Below, in pieces: positions 1 through 13,600 of a stretch of 64,000 nucleotides of DNA (position 1 is its first letter; each line of letters opens with the position of its first letter). This DNA comes from Trichoplax adhaerens (lineage: Eukaryota > Animalia > Placozoa): positions 124,001 to 188,000 of the forward strand of contig NW_002060943.1 of assembly GCF_000150275.1 (NCBI RefSeq). The letters are read 5' to 3'. The notes beneath the pieces are model-generated. The model was not told the origin of the DNA, made no database searches, and saw only the letters and a program-made list of their open reading frames with translations. The translations under genes were made by a program, and so were the position numbers.

Positions 1-399
1 AATGCGGATAAAAGCTTCACTCCTTTTGAGACCAGAATTCTTTATTTTAGATCAATCTTAATAGTTAAATATAATTCCAGTATTCTAAAGTATTCTACTT
101 TAATCATTTTTAAATCTCATCTGTACGAAGATTATTAATTATAAGAATTAAATATTTATGTTAGATAGAGAGATTGTTAGATACTTTTATTACACATCCA
201 TTAAGGTCTTAAGCTTATCTCATAACTTATCTGAAATGAAAGTTTATATTTTTCTTTCTTATGTTCATTATTCAAATGCTTACGATCAAATTATTAGCTG
301 ATTTTTAGATAATGGGTATTTTGACGCTTAAAAGTAAAGAAGCAATATAACCTGAAAATTCAGTAACTATCTTTTACGGTGAAATCAGTAAACACTAAC

Positions 400-749
400 C
401 GCAATCGACTTCGTCGTATCCATTCCTACAATCTAGCTTGCAGTCACAAAATTGCGATACCATAATTTGCTGTTCAGAATCACCGCAGCGTAAGCCTAAG
501 GCTTCTATATCATAAAAGATAATAATAAGAGAAACATCACAGTTTACAATTGTGGATAGGTTTACAGTTAAGGTATTTAATAATCTCTATTTTGTTAACA
601 AATGCTTGCGATATGAAGAAAAAGATCATGAAGATAAATTACTATTGGGTCTAAATTTTTTCATACATACCTTGAATAAGTAAGTTTATAGCCACAATTC
701 TTAAAATTAAAACGTGGAATTTATTCACTCGCTTCATGTTCACTTTCAT
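400..749 (-). CDS. 5' coding exons of a secreted/membrane protein with signal peptide and LDL-receptor class A module (possibly an LDLa-LRR GPCR of RXFP/GRL101 type); the rest lies left of the window or was not resolved
   Basis: Exon 749..671 gives MKVNMKRVNKFHVLILRIVAINLLIQ (hydrophobic signal-like, donor GTATGT). The symmetric phase-1 exon 504..400 gives EALGLRCGDSEQQIMVSQFCDCKLDCRNGYDEVDC, which fits the LDLa C-D-x3-D-C-x2-G-x-D-E-x2-C signature. No open continuation exon was found in 1..399. Confidence 0.6.
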
Positions 750-3700
750 CCGTATTCAGATTAACGAATTTAATTGTTGTTCCGTCACATTTTATAACTT
801 AACGAAGGGCATAGATAGGCGTTGAAATAGATTATAATTTTAATTGGCTACTTTTCAAATAGTTAATCCTTTGACTGTTTTGTTTATTGTGGCTGGATGA
901 AAAACTATATTGAATTCTTCATAATTTCTGAAGAAAAGAGTAATTCGAATACGCACACATATATCAAACTTTTGTTATACAATAATATAAAGTATAATTT
1001 GTGAAGAATAGATTGTAAAGTGAACCTACACACTCCAACTTTTTCTCTCAAGTTCAAAAGACTTTGTAGCCATAACTCGTAAGACTTCTACGTGAAGACT
1101 ATTCATTAGCTTTGCTTAGCTTATTGGCTTAACGAATTTGACTTTTGTGCCTCTGATTTTATGAATCGGCTTTGGCGTTAAAGTAGACTATTCTAGTTGG
1201 TTTTATTTCAAATGGTTTAATTAGTTGATTCTTTTTAGTTGTGATTTGGAAATATCGGTCTAAATTTTCTCTAATTACGATATCGATAATCTCAGAGGGT
1301 GGATGAGATGACTTAATAAACTTCTAAAGACTGTATATAAAGAACTTCCGCTCTACTTTGCTTTAGATGAGAGAATAAATAATATGTGTCATTGATAGCA
1401 TAAAAATGAAGATTCTATCTTCTCAGAAAAAAATAATTAGTTTATTACTGTTATTAATTATCTGTATGTTACAGTGTTATAACACTGCAGAGATTAGAGT
1501 AGAATTATCTATGATAAGGCAATTTTATTAACTTGCCCTTATTTAGTCACTTTCTAATTTAGATATATTGTCTTATAATATAATACAGGCTTTTGTATGA
1601 TAGCGGTATACGACCGAAAACTATATATATATACTGAAATTAATAGCTATATAAGGGATTCGAGAATAATCTATCCGTAGGTTGAATCACTGTGATTATA
1701 CCTAATTGTCACAAACAGCTCGCGATGGAGATACCTTGGATCACTAAAACTCCTTAAAAGATAAAACTATAACAGCTAAATATGTCTACAACAACAGACT
1801 AGGAGTAGGCTAGGTTTAGGTTTAATAGAATTTATTTAATTTAGAAGTCTTGACATCCAAGGCTACTTCATCTACACACGCATACTACACGCTAATTATC
1901 AAATGATCAGTTAATGAGGGCACCGGGCTTCATATACCCTCTCTCGGCTGCACAGCTTACTGTAGATAAATAATTCTAAAACTAATATAGATTTGCATGG
2001 CAGACTGTCTACGGAGTCTGTACTCCGTCATACTAACTTATGGTAGAATGTAAATGAGCTTGAAAGTATTCCTTGTATGAACATATTGCAATCTGATTAT
2101 CTTGCATTAGTCACTAGATGTCTATGCTCATAAATACGGTCGCCTTCATCAGCTAGCAGTAGATAAAATTAATCTCTGATTCATTTCAAGGCTTCAAAGT
2201 TAAATGTACTAACTAGCACGCATGAATTATTACAAGAAAAAGTATAAATATGGTATACTGTGCCATAAAGCGAGTTCTTCAAAATTTGGTTTTCACTTCA
2301 AATTCAAGGCGCCTAAGTTTTGGTATTGCTTCCTAATAGAGAAAATGTGTTCCTTATAGCGTAGAGATTGTTCATGATGCATGATGCAGGGGCTCAACTT
2401 ATTGATCGGAAGTTACTTTAACATGTTGCAAACCTATGTTATAACACTGCAATATAAGTGTAATGAATACTGTGCTTGGATAGCATGTTCATGATTTATG
2501 AAATAAATGGTGAAAATAAAATTTATTGCATTAATGGCTAGTAACGCAAATTATAAAATATAGAGCAGTTAAAATTGTTTTCGTAAAGGTAAAGTGTATT
2601 ATAATTGATTAGTCGCAATATTGGAGTACAGAATGTAACAGGACTTCTCACACAGGATTTTTCGCCAATATCTGCGTTAATAAAGTACAGTAACAAATAA
2701 ATATAATATATCAGTAAGTATAAACTATTCAAACCTATGAAATTGGCCTAGTTATACAAAACACCAATACCTAGCTAATTAATATGGCAAACAGACTTGG
2801 CTATAGACAGTATTCTGAAATATCACATAATGATATTCCTGTGAGATTGTAAGAAGCCTGCTTCTTATTTCTTTAAAACCGCCAATAATAATCGCAAAAG
2901 ATTCGGATAGTAAAACAGAGTGTATGACACGTTTTTGTAAACAAAGTATTCAATACGAGTACTGCAGATTAAATAAATAATGAAAGATGAAGATATCGAT
3001 ATTGGAAGATGGTGGTTCATATTTGAGAAAATAATTGTAATAAACTAATGATCACAAGAATAATGAGGAGCAGGGAAGGATCGACAGCACCATCCTTAAA
3101 TACATATAGAAAACTAACTCTTACTAATCAAGATTTTCACTTAGTGAAGAAAATAATACTTCTAGCTTGTATGTATATGGTATCTCCAGATACTTATGCT
3201 AAGAAGTTTCGTACAGTAGATAATTCAAAGAGAAGAAAACAGCCATACCTCGAATAGGGCTGCTGATAAATGTACACCTGTACAGTATACATCATTTCAT
3301 TAAACCAGCCATCATCTAGAATGACTTCATTAATAAGCACAGCCACTATTTTCTTGCCACATAGTGCTATAATACATATTTTCAAGTTCACTATTACCAC
3401 ATATTACTACATATTGTTATTAAATGTGGTTTATGGTAGTTCACAAAAATGGACAATGTCTGTTTGTTCAACACCTTACCTAACCACTCTTGTACACATA
3501 CGAGTATATCTATATATCTTGCTAAATGCAGTCTCATACCTAATCTTTAACATTAACGTTAACACTGGAAAGTAATTTCTTCATTTACTTTTCTATTTAC
3601 TTGTATTAAGTATTGATATGGGGAAATATTTTAGTAACGAAGCAAGGAAAACAAAACATGAAATATAATATCATGCTTCTAGATTAAAAATGATACCTTA

Positions 3701-5254
3701 CTGATATATGCAGTACGTACAAATAGACTTATCCCAGGAGCTACTAAAGAAGAAACATTGTACCACTGCTTATACAGTACAGATATTTCGAAAGTGCTAA
3801 GATAAGTGTAGTACATACAGTATGACATAGAATAGCGACGTTAGGATCATAGGGAAGAATCACAATGGTTAGGACTTCCAAGTGTTAGGAAGGCTTACTG
3901 TAGATTCTGCAAACACTCTACGGTATCATCCACCGTCGAGGGTATAAAAGCCGAGAGTTTTTAAAGGAAGGAAAGTTGGGATTATATCACTATTAATTAA
4001 TTAACGAACAAATGCTTTACAAGCATCAGCTTCAATAATTGCCTTATCAAGATTTCAATATTTAGATACTATTAGTTTTCGAGTAAATTCGATTTACGAG
4101 TATGGACATCTAAAATTTATAGCACAAATTTGAAGGAGGATATAAGTTAATATTTTAAAAAACTATTGTAAAAATTAAACCACTACTAAGGAACTAATTA
4201 ACCTGCGCTTTTCATTGTAAGACAAAGCAAACAACAATATTTAAACAAATACATGGTTACTGCTTTATAAAATAATAATATTAATGGTTTTTTTTTCCGA
4301 TAACTCAGCAATTAACTAGCTTAGAGAGATCACTATAGCTAAACGAAAATTAGAATCACTCAAAATTAAAGCAGTAAACGTAGGGCCTATTGGTTTATTA
4401 GCTAATTAGCTATTCCAACGTCTAGTTCCTAGAAAAAAGCTCAGCCATATCTATAGGTTGTTAACTAACTATTGTGACTGTTGTAGAGTATTAATTAATT
4501 AATGTACATTATATAATTGCTCTGTTTTTAAGGCTTTCTTCTTATTGACAAATTAGCCATATAGTGATTCAGACCTCAATTGTTAAGTCTAATTCAAGTT
4601 ATCCGCAATACTTGGTGAATTCAGAAATTAAAATTAAAATCTCTAAACTAGTCCTAAACCGACTCTTTAAACCCTTTTTTAAATTAGTTACGACTTATTA
4701 AATTGTATTGTGCTAGCGATAAAAGGAGGGAAATTAATTAAAACCCATTAAACATCCTGAACAGTATCAGGTAGGTAACTTAAAAGGAGATAAACCATTG
4801 CATGGATATAACTGGTAATAATCTTTAGTTGCTAGTTCCAACATACACTCGAATTGAAATTGCTAAACATTAGTGTTTTCATGACAATCCATAAATTGAA
4901 AAGGTAAGAAGTACCAGCACCGCTGATATCATAATTAAATGCATTTTACCGTATTTGCTTCTCAGTTGAAGACCGTGCTTACTTATTTTCTTTGCAATTC
5001 TGTAACTAAATTAAAAATCTAAAATTATCTGTTGATAAAGTTCATCTTTAGCTATTGGCAACTACTTCTACGTCTCTGTCATTATCTCGAAGTCTTGCAT
5101 CTATAAATAGATGTGCAATAAGATTTTCATTTTAACGGCATCATTCATATTCAGTTTTTATCGAATTAAGTAGTTGAGGTAAAAGTAAAGTAAGGCATTT
5201 ATGAGTTACTCCTTATGTCATGATACAATTATTGGAAAGATGAAAGCCTTGGAC

Positions 5255-5267
5255 GTTACCCGGAAAC
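5255..5267. promoter_or_regulatory. X-box-like (RFX) motif GTTACCCGGAAAC
   Basis: Matches GTTNCC-N-GGNAAC; lies several kb upstream of the LDLa gene; function untested. Confidence 0.25.
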
Positions 5268-5665
5268 TGTATACCACTTCATAATGATTATATTGGCTTG
5301 ATGTTAAGTTAATTAGATGAATAATTAGATATGTGACGTGAATGCAATCCTATTTCTATAATCGATTATAATTATACGGATATGAGTGTCTTTCACCCCG
5401 AGGTTGCAACACCAAAATTAGCAAGATTTTTTCCTTTAAAGTAGTCTTACCTATCTAAACCACTATCTCCAGGCACTCTTTCTTTAATCTACCCAAACCT
5501 AGGATCGAGTCTTAGACGATAATGACGTTAAGAATGAAAACCTTATTGTAAAAACTGTTTTACTCAATGTCCGGCTGAACTTACAGTATAACCTACAATT
5601 TACAACCAACCGTGATCGACTAACTTTATCAACTGCGAGGCTTTCTACGTACAATATAGCCACAT

Positions 5666-6033
5666 CAATTTGCCTAGTGCAAAGCACTAATAAATTAATA
5701 GCCAAGTCTACATATTTGGTATAGTAAGAATCACAATGTACTTTTCTATGACATTGGATATTTGTTGATGAATAGCTAGGTGTATACCGCACCAATTTGC
5801 CTGGTGCAAGGCAATACTAAATTAATAGCCAAGTCTACTTACTATAGTAAGAATCACAATGTACTTTTCTATGACATTAGATATTTGTTGATGAATAGCT
5901 AGGTATATACCGCACCAATTTGCCTGGTACAAAGCAATAATAAATAAATTAATAGCCAAGTCTACTTACTTAGTATAGTAAGAATCACAATGTACTTTTC
6001 TATGACATTGGATATTTGTTGATGAATAGCTAG
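5666..6033. repeat. Tandem repeat, ~123-127 bp unit x3
   Basis: Units start at 5666, 5793 and 5916 (CAATTTGCCT...AATTAATAGCCAAGTCTAC...TATAGTAAGAATCACAATGTACTTTTCTATGACATT...GATGAATAGCTAG). Confidence 0.95.
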
Positions 6034-6250
6034 TGTTAACATATGATTCATCACCTATCCAAACTCTAATATGGATGAGACAATAATTCATTCATTCATG
6101 TCGTAGTGTCTACAATACAAGCGTAAGCGAGCTATTACGCTGGAAAGCAATGCGCTTATACTGCAATACATCATGGTCTACACGATGGAGTCGAGAAGCC
6201 TTATGGCCAGATTTATGTTTGGCTATAGTTCTCTTTCAGTGGCTAAGTTA

Positions 6251-7113
6251 GAATTGAATCAAGCTTATCCTACTCTAAATCCCGACTTCAAGTGCGCTTT
6301 AAAGCAACCCAGTTCTATGGCTGATCGAGCTTATCCTACTCTAAATCCCAACTTCAAGTGCAATTGAAAGCAACCCAGTTCTATGGCTGATCGAGCTTAT
6401 CCTACTCTAAATCCCAACTTCAAGTGCAATTGAAAGCAACCCAGTTCTATGGCTGATCGAGCTTATCCTACTCTAAATCCCAACTTCAAGTGCGCTTTAA
6501 AGCAACCCAGTTCTATGGCTGATCGAGCTTATCCTACTCTAAATCCCGACTTCAAGTGCAATTGAAAGCAACCCAGTTCCATGGCTGATCGAGCTTATCC
6601 TACTCTAAATCCCGACTTCAAGTGCAATTGAAAGCAACCCAATTCTATGGCTGATCGAGCTTATCCTACTCTAAATCCCAACTTCAAGTGCGCTTTAAAG
6701 CAACCCAGTTCTATGGCTGATCGAGCTTATCCTACTCTAAATCCCAACTTCAAGTGCGCTTTAAAGCAACCCAGTTCTATGGCTGATCGAGCTTATCCTA
6801 CTCTAAATCCCGACTTCAAGTGCAATTGAAAGCAACCCAGTTCCATGGCTGATCGAGCTTATCCTACTCTAAATCCCGACTTCAAGTGCAATTGAAAGCA
6901 ACCCAATTCTATGGCTGATCGAGCTTATCCTACTCTAAATCCCAACTTCAAGTGCGCTTTAAAGCAACCCAGTTCTATGGCTGATCGAGCTTATCCTACT
7001 CTAAATCCCAACTTCAAGTGCGCTTTAAAGCAACCCAGTTCCATGGCTGATCGAGCTTATCCTACTTTAAACCCCAATTTCAAGCGCAATTGAAAGCAAT
7101 CCAATTCGATAGC
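6251..7113. repeat. 66-bp minisatellite, ~13 copies, with an internal 264-bp (4-unit) higher-order repeat
   Basis: Unit AGTTCTATGGCTGATCGAGCTTATCCTACTCTAAATCCCAACTTCAAGTGC(AATTG/GCTTT)AAAGCAACCC starts at 6311, 6377, 6443 ... 7037. Block 6443-6706 recurs at 6707-6970. Confidence 0.97.
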
Positions 7114-7164
7114 TGTTCGTCGCTCGTTGAACACGTGATTCGTACCTCAATGGCCGACGCTCTG

Positions 7165-7284
7165 CTACAGTGTACAGTGTACAGTACATTACAATTCATA
7201 CTGTATGAATAGACTGTACCTTACAGTGTACAGTACGCTTATACAGTACAGCACAGGACGTACTGTAAAAATAGACTGTACTGT
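7165..7284. promoter_or_regulatory. TACAG/CTGTA (AGTAC-type) cluster in the proximal promoter of the transporter gene
   Basis: TACAGTGTACAGTGTACAGTAC...CTGTAC...TACAGTACAG...GTACTGTA...CTGTACTG ends ~50 bp before ATG 7337. CACGTG lies at ~7132. Confidence 0.55.
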
Positions 7285-7336
7285 CTTGGTTGAAGCGAGT
7301 GTACGTCACTTGTCGTCAAGCAAAATCGGATCCAGA

Positions 7337-10300
7337 ATGGCGTCGTCGCTGGATGACTTCCAGGACGATTTGGATTTTCAATCCAACCATGACGATTATG
7401 GACACTCTTCTAAATTATCCAGAGCCTTGCTTTATCTACAAATCTGTAAGCTAACGTAAACCACTTCTTGTTAGGCTAATTCATTCTACCTCATATTGTA
7501 TAGCAAAGTACAGTAGTGCCATCGACAGCTGTTACTCGACTTTGAATACCTGATGCGAATGGCCCCAGTCCATCATGACTGTGTGCAATATTCTCTTCAT
7601 GAATGATATTAATGAATATTCAAAAATCACTTGTTTTACGTCTATCGGCAATATTGCTTGCATACGTAGTGATATTCGTTATTAAAAAGGATTAAATGAA
7701 TCCAAGTTGTTTTCATCTAAAATCGACATATACAGTACTGTATACCGCTACTCCCACTAGGATGATTAGCAATAATAATGATAATAATAAACGAGTAATA
7801 CGTATTACTTTGCTACCATATTGATCGCTTGCAGACTACCAACTAATTCAATTTCAGTCACGCTGATCATTCTGATAATTTTATTCCGTTGATACACGGA
7901 TAAATAGAAAGATAGGGGAATAGTGGTTGTCAATGTTGGATCGATCAAGGTCATTCTTGCTTTATTTTGCATACCCATACGATCTTTTGTGATGGATGTC
8001 TTACTTCTGTTTTAGATTTTGTTACTATTGCTACAATCCTTGGAACTGGAATTTTAGGTATGGATAATTATCAATCAGTATATGAAATGTTATTAGGCAA
8101 CTCCATATCGTCTCTATTATACAGTATATTAGAATACTGTTTTGCTAAGAGTGGAAATTTCACTGAAATAATTTTACCCAATATGCTAACGCAAATAGTT
8201 CAATTCACATGTCTGCTTATAATCATCATTGACTTAGAATGGGATATATAGAATCAACCCATACGTACGAGTAGAATAGATTATCGTAGGAAATATGAAA
8301 ATCGCGATTCAATGTTTAACTACAGTCATCCAGGAATTGTCGTAACATCAAATCCATTATATTGTTGATGTTGTTTCTACGATGATATGATAGACTGTAA
8401 TGCACACATGGATAATAATGAATTATTAGACGAGAGTTGTCATCAAAACTGCATCGTTTACTCCTAATATAAAACTCCATCTCTAAACTGGATTCTAATG
8501 TATCATGGTAGGTTTACCGGTAACATTGTCGCGTTCTGGGATGGGTCCATTTACTGTTGTTTTTATATTTGGTTTCTTTATGCAAGTATGTATGAGAATC
8601 AATCAATCAATAATTCACATTGTTTCATGTTCAATAATCCTTCCTGTGTTATGCAGTGTTTTCATGCCGTAGCGCGAACGTCAATGAGTAATATCGACAA
8701 TTGAACTTTCATTCCAGGTCTTATTAATTTACTTTTTTACAATCCTATTGCAAAAAGCATTTGCAATTAAAAATTTATATGGCGGCATCAATGATAAGGT
8801 AAGCTTGATTGTTATCGTAATGTGTAACTTTGTATTGGCATTTAATCCTAGAAGAAAAAAATTCTCTGTGACTCAATATTGCCATGTTCATTCTGTTATT
8901 GTAAATATCACTTTATGCCGTCATCAAAGTGTTCTTTACGAGCTCATCTGTTGCAATCTTATCTGTAGCTTGTTTCCACAACGAATAGCTGACAAGATAG
9001 GATAGGATTAATTGTGATTAAGTATAATGGAGTGTTATCAATGGTCACGATCAATAGTGCCAACCTGAATGCATAATTGTACTACATTTCATTCCAAGGA
9101 TCCTGATGTTTTACTGTCGTACTTCTATAATGTTTTTAATAGTCACGGTAGGAACTGATGACTTGAGATTTTACAAGCAATCCCGAAATAGTGATCATAA
9201 TAGAATCACTACGTTTCTTGATTCGTAACACTCTTCTAACCTTACCGTCTTCAGTATGCGTAGTATCGACGTCCTAATCAGCTTCGTTTAAAATTCCTAG
9301 ATAAGATAAGTTTAATGGCATCGGTCGGACATCCTAATGACCTATATTTAAATTTTCTTATTATAATTAATTATGGATGAGATTCTTTATTAACTTCTTT
9401 ACATTCATTCAGTACAATGTTGCCCCTGACTTGGAAATACTGTATTAATGATGTTGTCGCGAAGAAATGAGTTAACTTCGTATTCGGAAATGCATCTGTT
9501 CTATTCGCTATTGAATAGCATCATTGCAGAAAATAGAATAAAATCAATGTCAACTTGCCTGCATGTATAAAATTAGTGTAAAATGTTGGAAATCATGAGC
9601 TAGTTGTAGTCAACGTTATAAATTTGGCTAATGCTTGACCGTCTTACGTATGAAGTAAAAGTACGGTGGTTATCAGTACCATTTAAAAAACATTATGAAA
9701 TGTGGATAATGTCGTACAGTAGTGACATGTTTTATGTGCCTAATTTTTTTTCGCTTCAATATTTAATAAATTGGGATAAGCTTAAATAATCATAACAGCT
9801 ATACTAGTAAAAACTGTAAGTGTTAGCATTGAATAATGTTTGTGTAAGTACTCATTATTGTACTTTTATACGCATTTTAGCAATGAATCGAATGCTACAG
9901 TATTATTACTTATTTTGAAATGTTTACTGACTCAGTTACGTATATATGAGTATATACTTTTCATTTGACAAATCAGAACTGAGTGATGAAATGCATATAT
10001 TTAGGATCTTGATAATGAAAGTTTGCCGCTACATCCAGTTCCGATCGCGTCGCAAGATAATGAGGAAGAAAACGGTTAGGAAGATTTCATAGTTATCTTG
10101 AGTAATTACAAGGCAATAGAAACTGGTGATAAGTAAGTAACAGTTATTTCTTTGTTTATTAATGATGTTTACAGAAGACTTTGTTACTGGCAAAGTTATA
10201 CAACCTCTGGATTTGAGTGAAAGAACTTACCCTGATTTACACATGATGGGCGAACTATTTTTACCTTGTTTTGCGCGACAGTTGTTTGACCTATGTACAG

Positions 10301-12727
10301 TCTTGCTTTTGTAAGTAATTATTAACTCAGAATGCTGTAGCCGATATCTTACTTAATAAATTCTGCCATTAAAATAATAAGTCGCTTGTTTCAAATCGAG
10401 TAGACTAATAATATGCCGTGCAGTATTATGCACGTATAAAGTATACTTGTATGTCTTTCTATTTATAACGTTTATGCATACGATATTTAATTATATGTTT
10501 CTGGTAAATCTTCCTATAAAGTGTATCATTGCTCATTAGCTATGCATTGGCTGGTAGTGAAGCATATGCAGAAATTATTGGCGCTAGGTAAGTTTTGCTA
10601 TCCTCAAATTAAGTGGCGAAAGTGATTAAGTTTTAGTTATAGCAAATCGACACTAAAAAATGTAATATGATTTCTTTTGGCTATAGGCATGTCTTTGTTA
10701 TTCCTTTTTTTTGTTGGATTTGCACTTTATTAATTATTTTCGCCCAAAAAATCATTCAACCCATGGTTTCTATTCTTACGTTAGCTAAAGGTGGCCTACT
10801 TATTGGAACGGTAAGTGTCTGAAGTAGAACTCGGACATATGCATCCCTATGTATCAGTTTCTTTGGACGTCTACGCTTACTCTGATTGATGGATATTTTA
10901 CAAGTTATATTGAACAGGATCTTTGTTATTCTATGATTTCTTTAAAAGGTCTTTGTTACATTCTACGTTGGTACACAAGTTAATCAAGATAGTCATACTA
11001 AATGGAAATACATAGGGTCTCCATTTCTGATGGGTACAGTTGCCGTAGGTAAGAAATGCTGTATTACTGATCAAGCTGTATTTGGGAAAAACGATTAAAA
11101 ATAGTCAATGTTTTTCAGGTGGTATAATAAATGTCATGCCAATGATGTTTAGTAAAATAGAACATAATAGGAGTCAGGTATTGCATGTTATATAAATGAA
11201 CGTTTTTACTCCTCAACAGTTAGGACGGTTACATATTTATTTACCTTTACCATCATAATCAGGTCAAAGGATTTTTAAATTCTATCCTGCTTGGCTTATT
11301 AACATGTGTAATACTAAATATTGCTTGGTAAGAATTTATTTGTGTAACTGTATTTTACTAAGATCACAGGTTATGAGCAATTCAATAATTTAGCGTTGCT
11401 AACGTTTTCAGGTGTTATTCCATTTTATCAATTGTGCCACAGAGATGCACTGACATACAGGGTGGCGATTTAATATTCAATGACACTAATGGTATTATCC
11501 ATTGTAATGTCTCATTAGCGTGGTATGTTTCTTCTTCGATTATAACGATATGAGATCAGTAACATTTTATTTGTAAGTTTTTCATCTAAAACATAATCTA
11601 TCATTAATAAGGTCCAAGCGTAATGGTGAAATCTCAACTATCCCTTTGACAAGAGTATGGAGATATTAATTTATACAAAAAAATTACGGGAATTCATTTA
11701 TAATAATTCTATTGCTGCAGAATTTGTTTTCGTAACTGTAGTTAAATGAGACGTAATAGCATGCTAAATTTTGTTCTAACAAAATCTGTTACTCTAACTG
11801 TACTGTACTCTTTTAGATCATAAGAAGTGATTATATATCATACGATTGGGTTGCTTGGCTGGTCGAATTCTTTATTATGATTAGTATTACTGTTTCATTT
11901 TTAACAATAGGATCGGCTTATAGACATATGCGTAAGTTATATAACTGATTACCGCGGATTATCCATCTTCTCACGATATTATTAGCGCAAACTAAATGTG
12001 TATAATTATTTTGTTGTCTAGTTGAAGGAGTACTCAATTCGTTCACGGTCTCAACAAAGAGTTCGTTTTCTTTTAGAATTAATCAAGGTTACGGTCAACT
12101 TGTCAACCGTAAATGGTTAGTTAAGCACGGTTACTTACGTTCTAGACATATTTTAGTTTATATTCAATGGCTTGACTCTGTATAGTAAACAGTATGTCAT
12201 TAAGCATCAAATCGACAATCGATGCTATTTCTAGAAGTATCTAATTTGATCGTTTGATTATTACGATAGCACCATCGAATTGTCTGTATACTTCTTAGCT
12301 TTTGGTATCATCTTCGCCATTGCTATGATGGACCCTAGGGTGAGAATACTTGCTATTCAGCTAAAATTTACTTAAAAGTTGGGATTTCTTTAATCATGTT
12401 TTTAAATAGGGATTCGTAACGATTCTCGACAAAGCAGCCTCGTTACTAATGAATTTGCAAGCTGGCCTTTTCATTACATTCATGATTCATAGAGCTCAGA
12501 CTGGAGGTTACAAGTAAGTTGATATAGTATTTTATCATTATTCGGACAATACTTTCTCAACAAGGTTTTAATTAATTTATTCTTTCTTCTTGTACTGATT
12601 CAGAAATTTACCCATTCCTGTCAAAATGAATGGCTATTTGTATTATTGTAGTTACATTATGACATTTTATTTTATATTTGCCGTCGTTTATGACGTCGTC
12701 ATAACAGCAGTCCATGCTCTGAAATGA
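7337..12727 (+). CDS. Multi-pass amino-acid permease-like transporter (APC/AAAP superfamily, Aa_trans or Trp/Tyr-permease-like), ~17 exons
   Basis: Exon 1 MASSLDDFQDDLDF...LYLQI splices to YFVTIATILGTGILGLPVTLSRSGMGPFTVVFIFGFFMQ (TM1 G-x-G-I-L-x-L-P motif). Further hydrophobic exons include ISYALAGSEAYAEII, GSPFLMGTVAVGG, GEISTIPL and ISITVSFLTIG. Ends ...VITAVHALK-TGA at 12727. Confidence 0.8.
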
Positions 12728-13365
12728 ACTGTATGCAGATTTACTTTTAATTGTATAAATCAAGTACCGTACTAATTTTTGTAATTAAAATCATAGAAAA
12801 TTCACGAATGATATTATAATTTTCCACTTACAGAACACTGCATGCCTACTTTACCTTCGTGAATTTTAACTATCTATTATTTTGAATCATAAAAGAACTT
12901 CTACTACACGTAATTGAGCACATAGTCTTATATATAATATTTATAAATGCACTAAAAATTAATTACTTCATACGAGTATGCAAGAACTTTTAGTTTTCTG
13001 CTAGAAATTTAAATACGAAAAGATTAATATATTTAATTGCGTAGAAAAAGTTGCATTAATTATCAATCTGCTATCAATTTATACGGGTATTAGACATAGA
13101 TTCTGATCGTGAAGGATTAATATATTGTATCTGAAGTACATATCTTATACAGTACATTAATTACCATAATGCAGATAAATTAGTTACGTCTCTATGTGAG
13201 CTATGCCTGTATGCAAATTATTTTGATTTTGATTCATTATTTTCTCGACAGCGCTTTGAATTAAAGACATCTGATATTTTATTTTGCCACACGATGCGTT
13301 CATGTTAAATAAGCACAGCTTGGTTTATTTGCCGTTTCTTTCATTACTATGTAAATACATACAGT

Positions 13366-13390
13366 ATATATATATATATATATATATATA
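13366..13390. repeat. (TA)n microsatellite between convergent 3' ends
   Basis: About 12 TA units. Confidence 0.9.
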
Positions 13391-13600
13391 GATATGGAGC
13401 TATATTTATATTTATATATAAATAATTCACTTTAATACGGACATATAGCTTCTTTATTTCTCGCCAACTCAACTTAAAAATTAAAAAATCTCAATAAAAA
13501 AGTTGGCATCACATTAAAAAATTATTTGCGTGAATAATTAATAGATACTGATATGTAAATACACACATCCATGAATGTTGTCTTCCTACATATTTTCCAA

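Noticed and set aside
2538-3575. Short ORFs at 2.5-3.6 kb (and similarly at 38.1, 47.0-48.9 and 53.4-54.5 kb)
   Set aside because: No recognisable domains or coherent splice structure; expected by chance in AT-rich DNA.
6251-7113. CRISPR array or repeat-protein gene (ORFs 6173, 6647, 6911)
   Set aside because: Units are contiguous with no unique spacers, the context is eukaryotic with no cas genes, and the frame is repeatedly broken by TGA variants.
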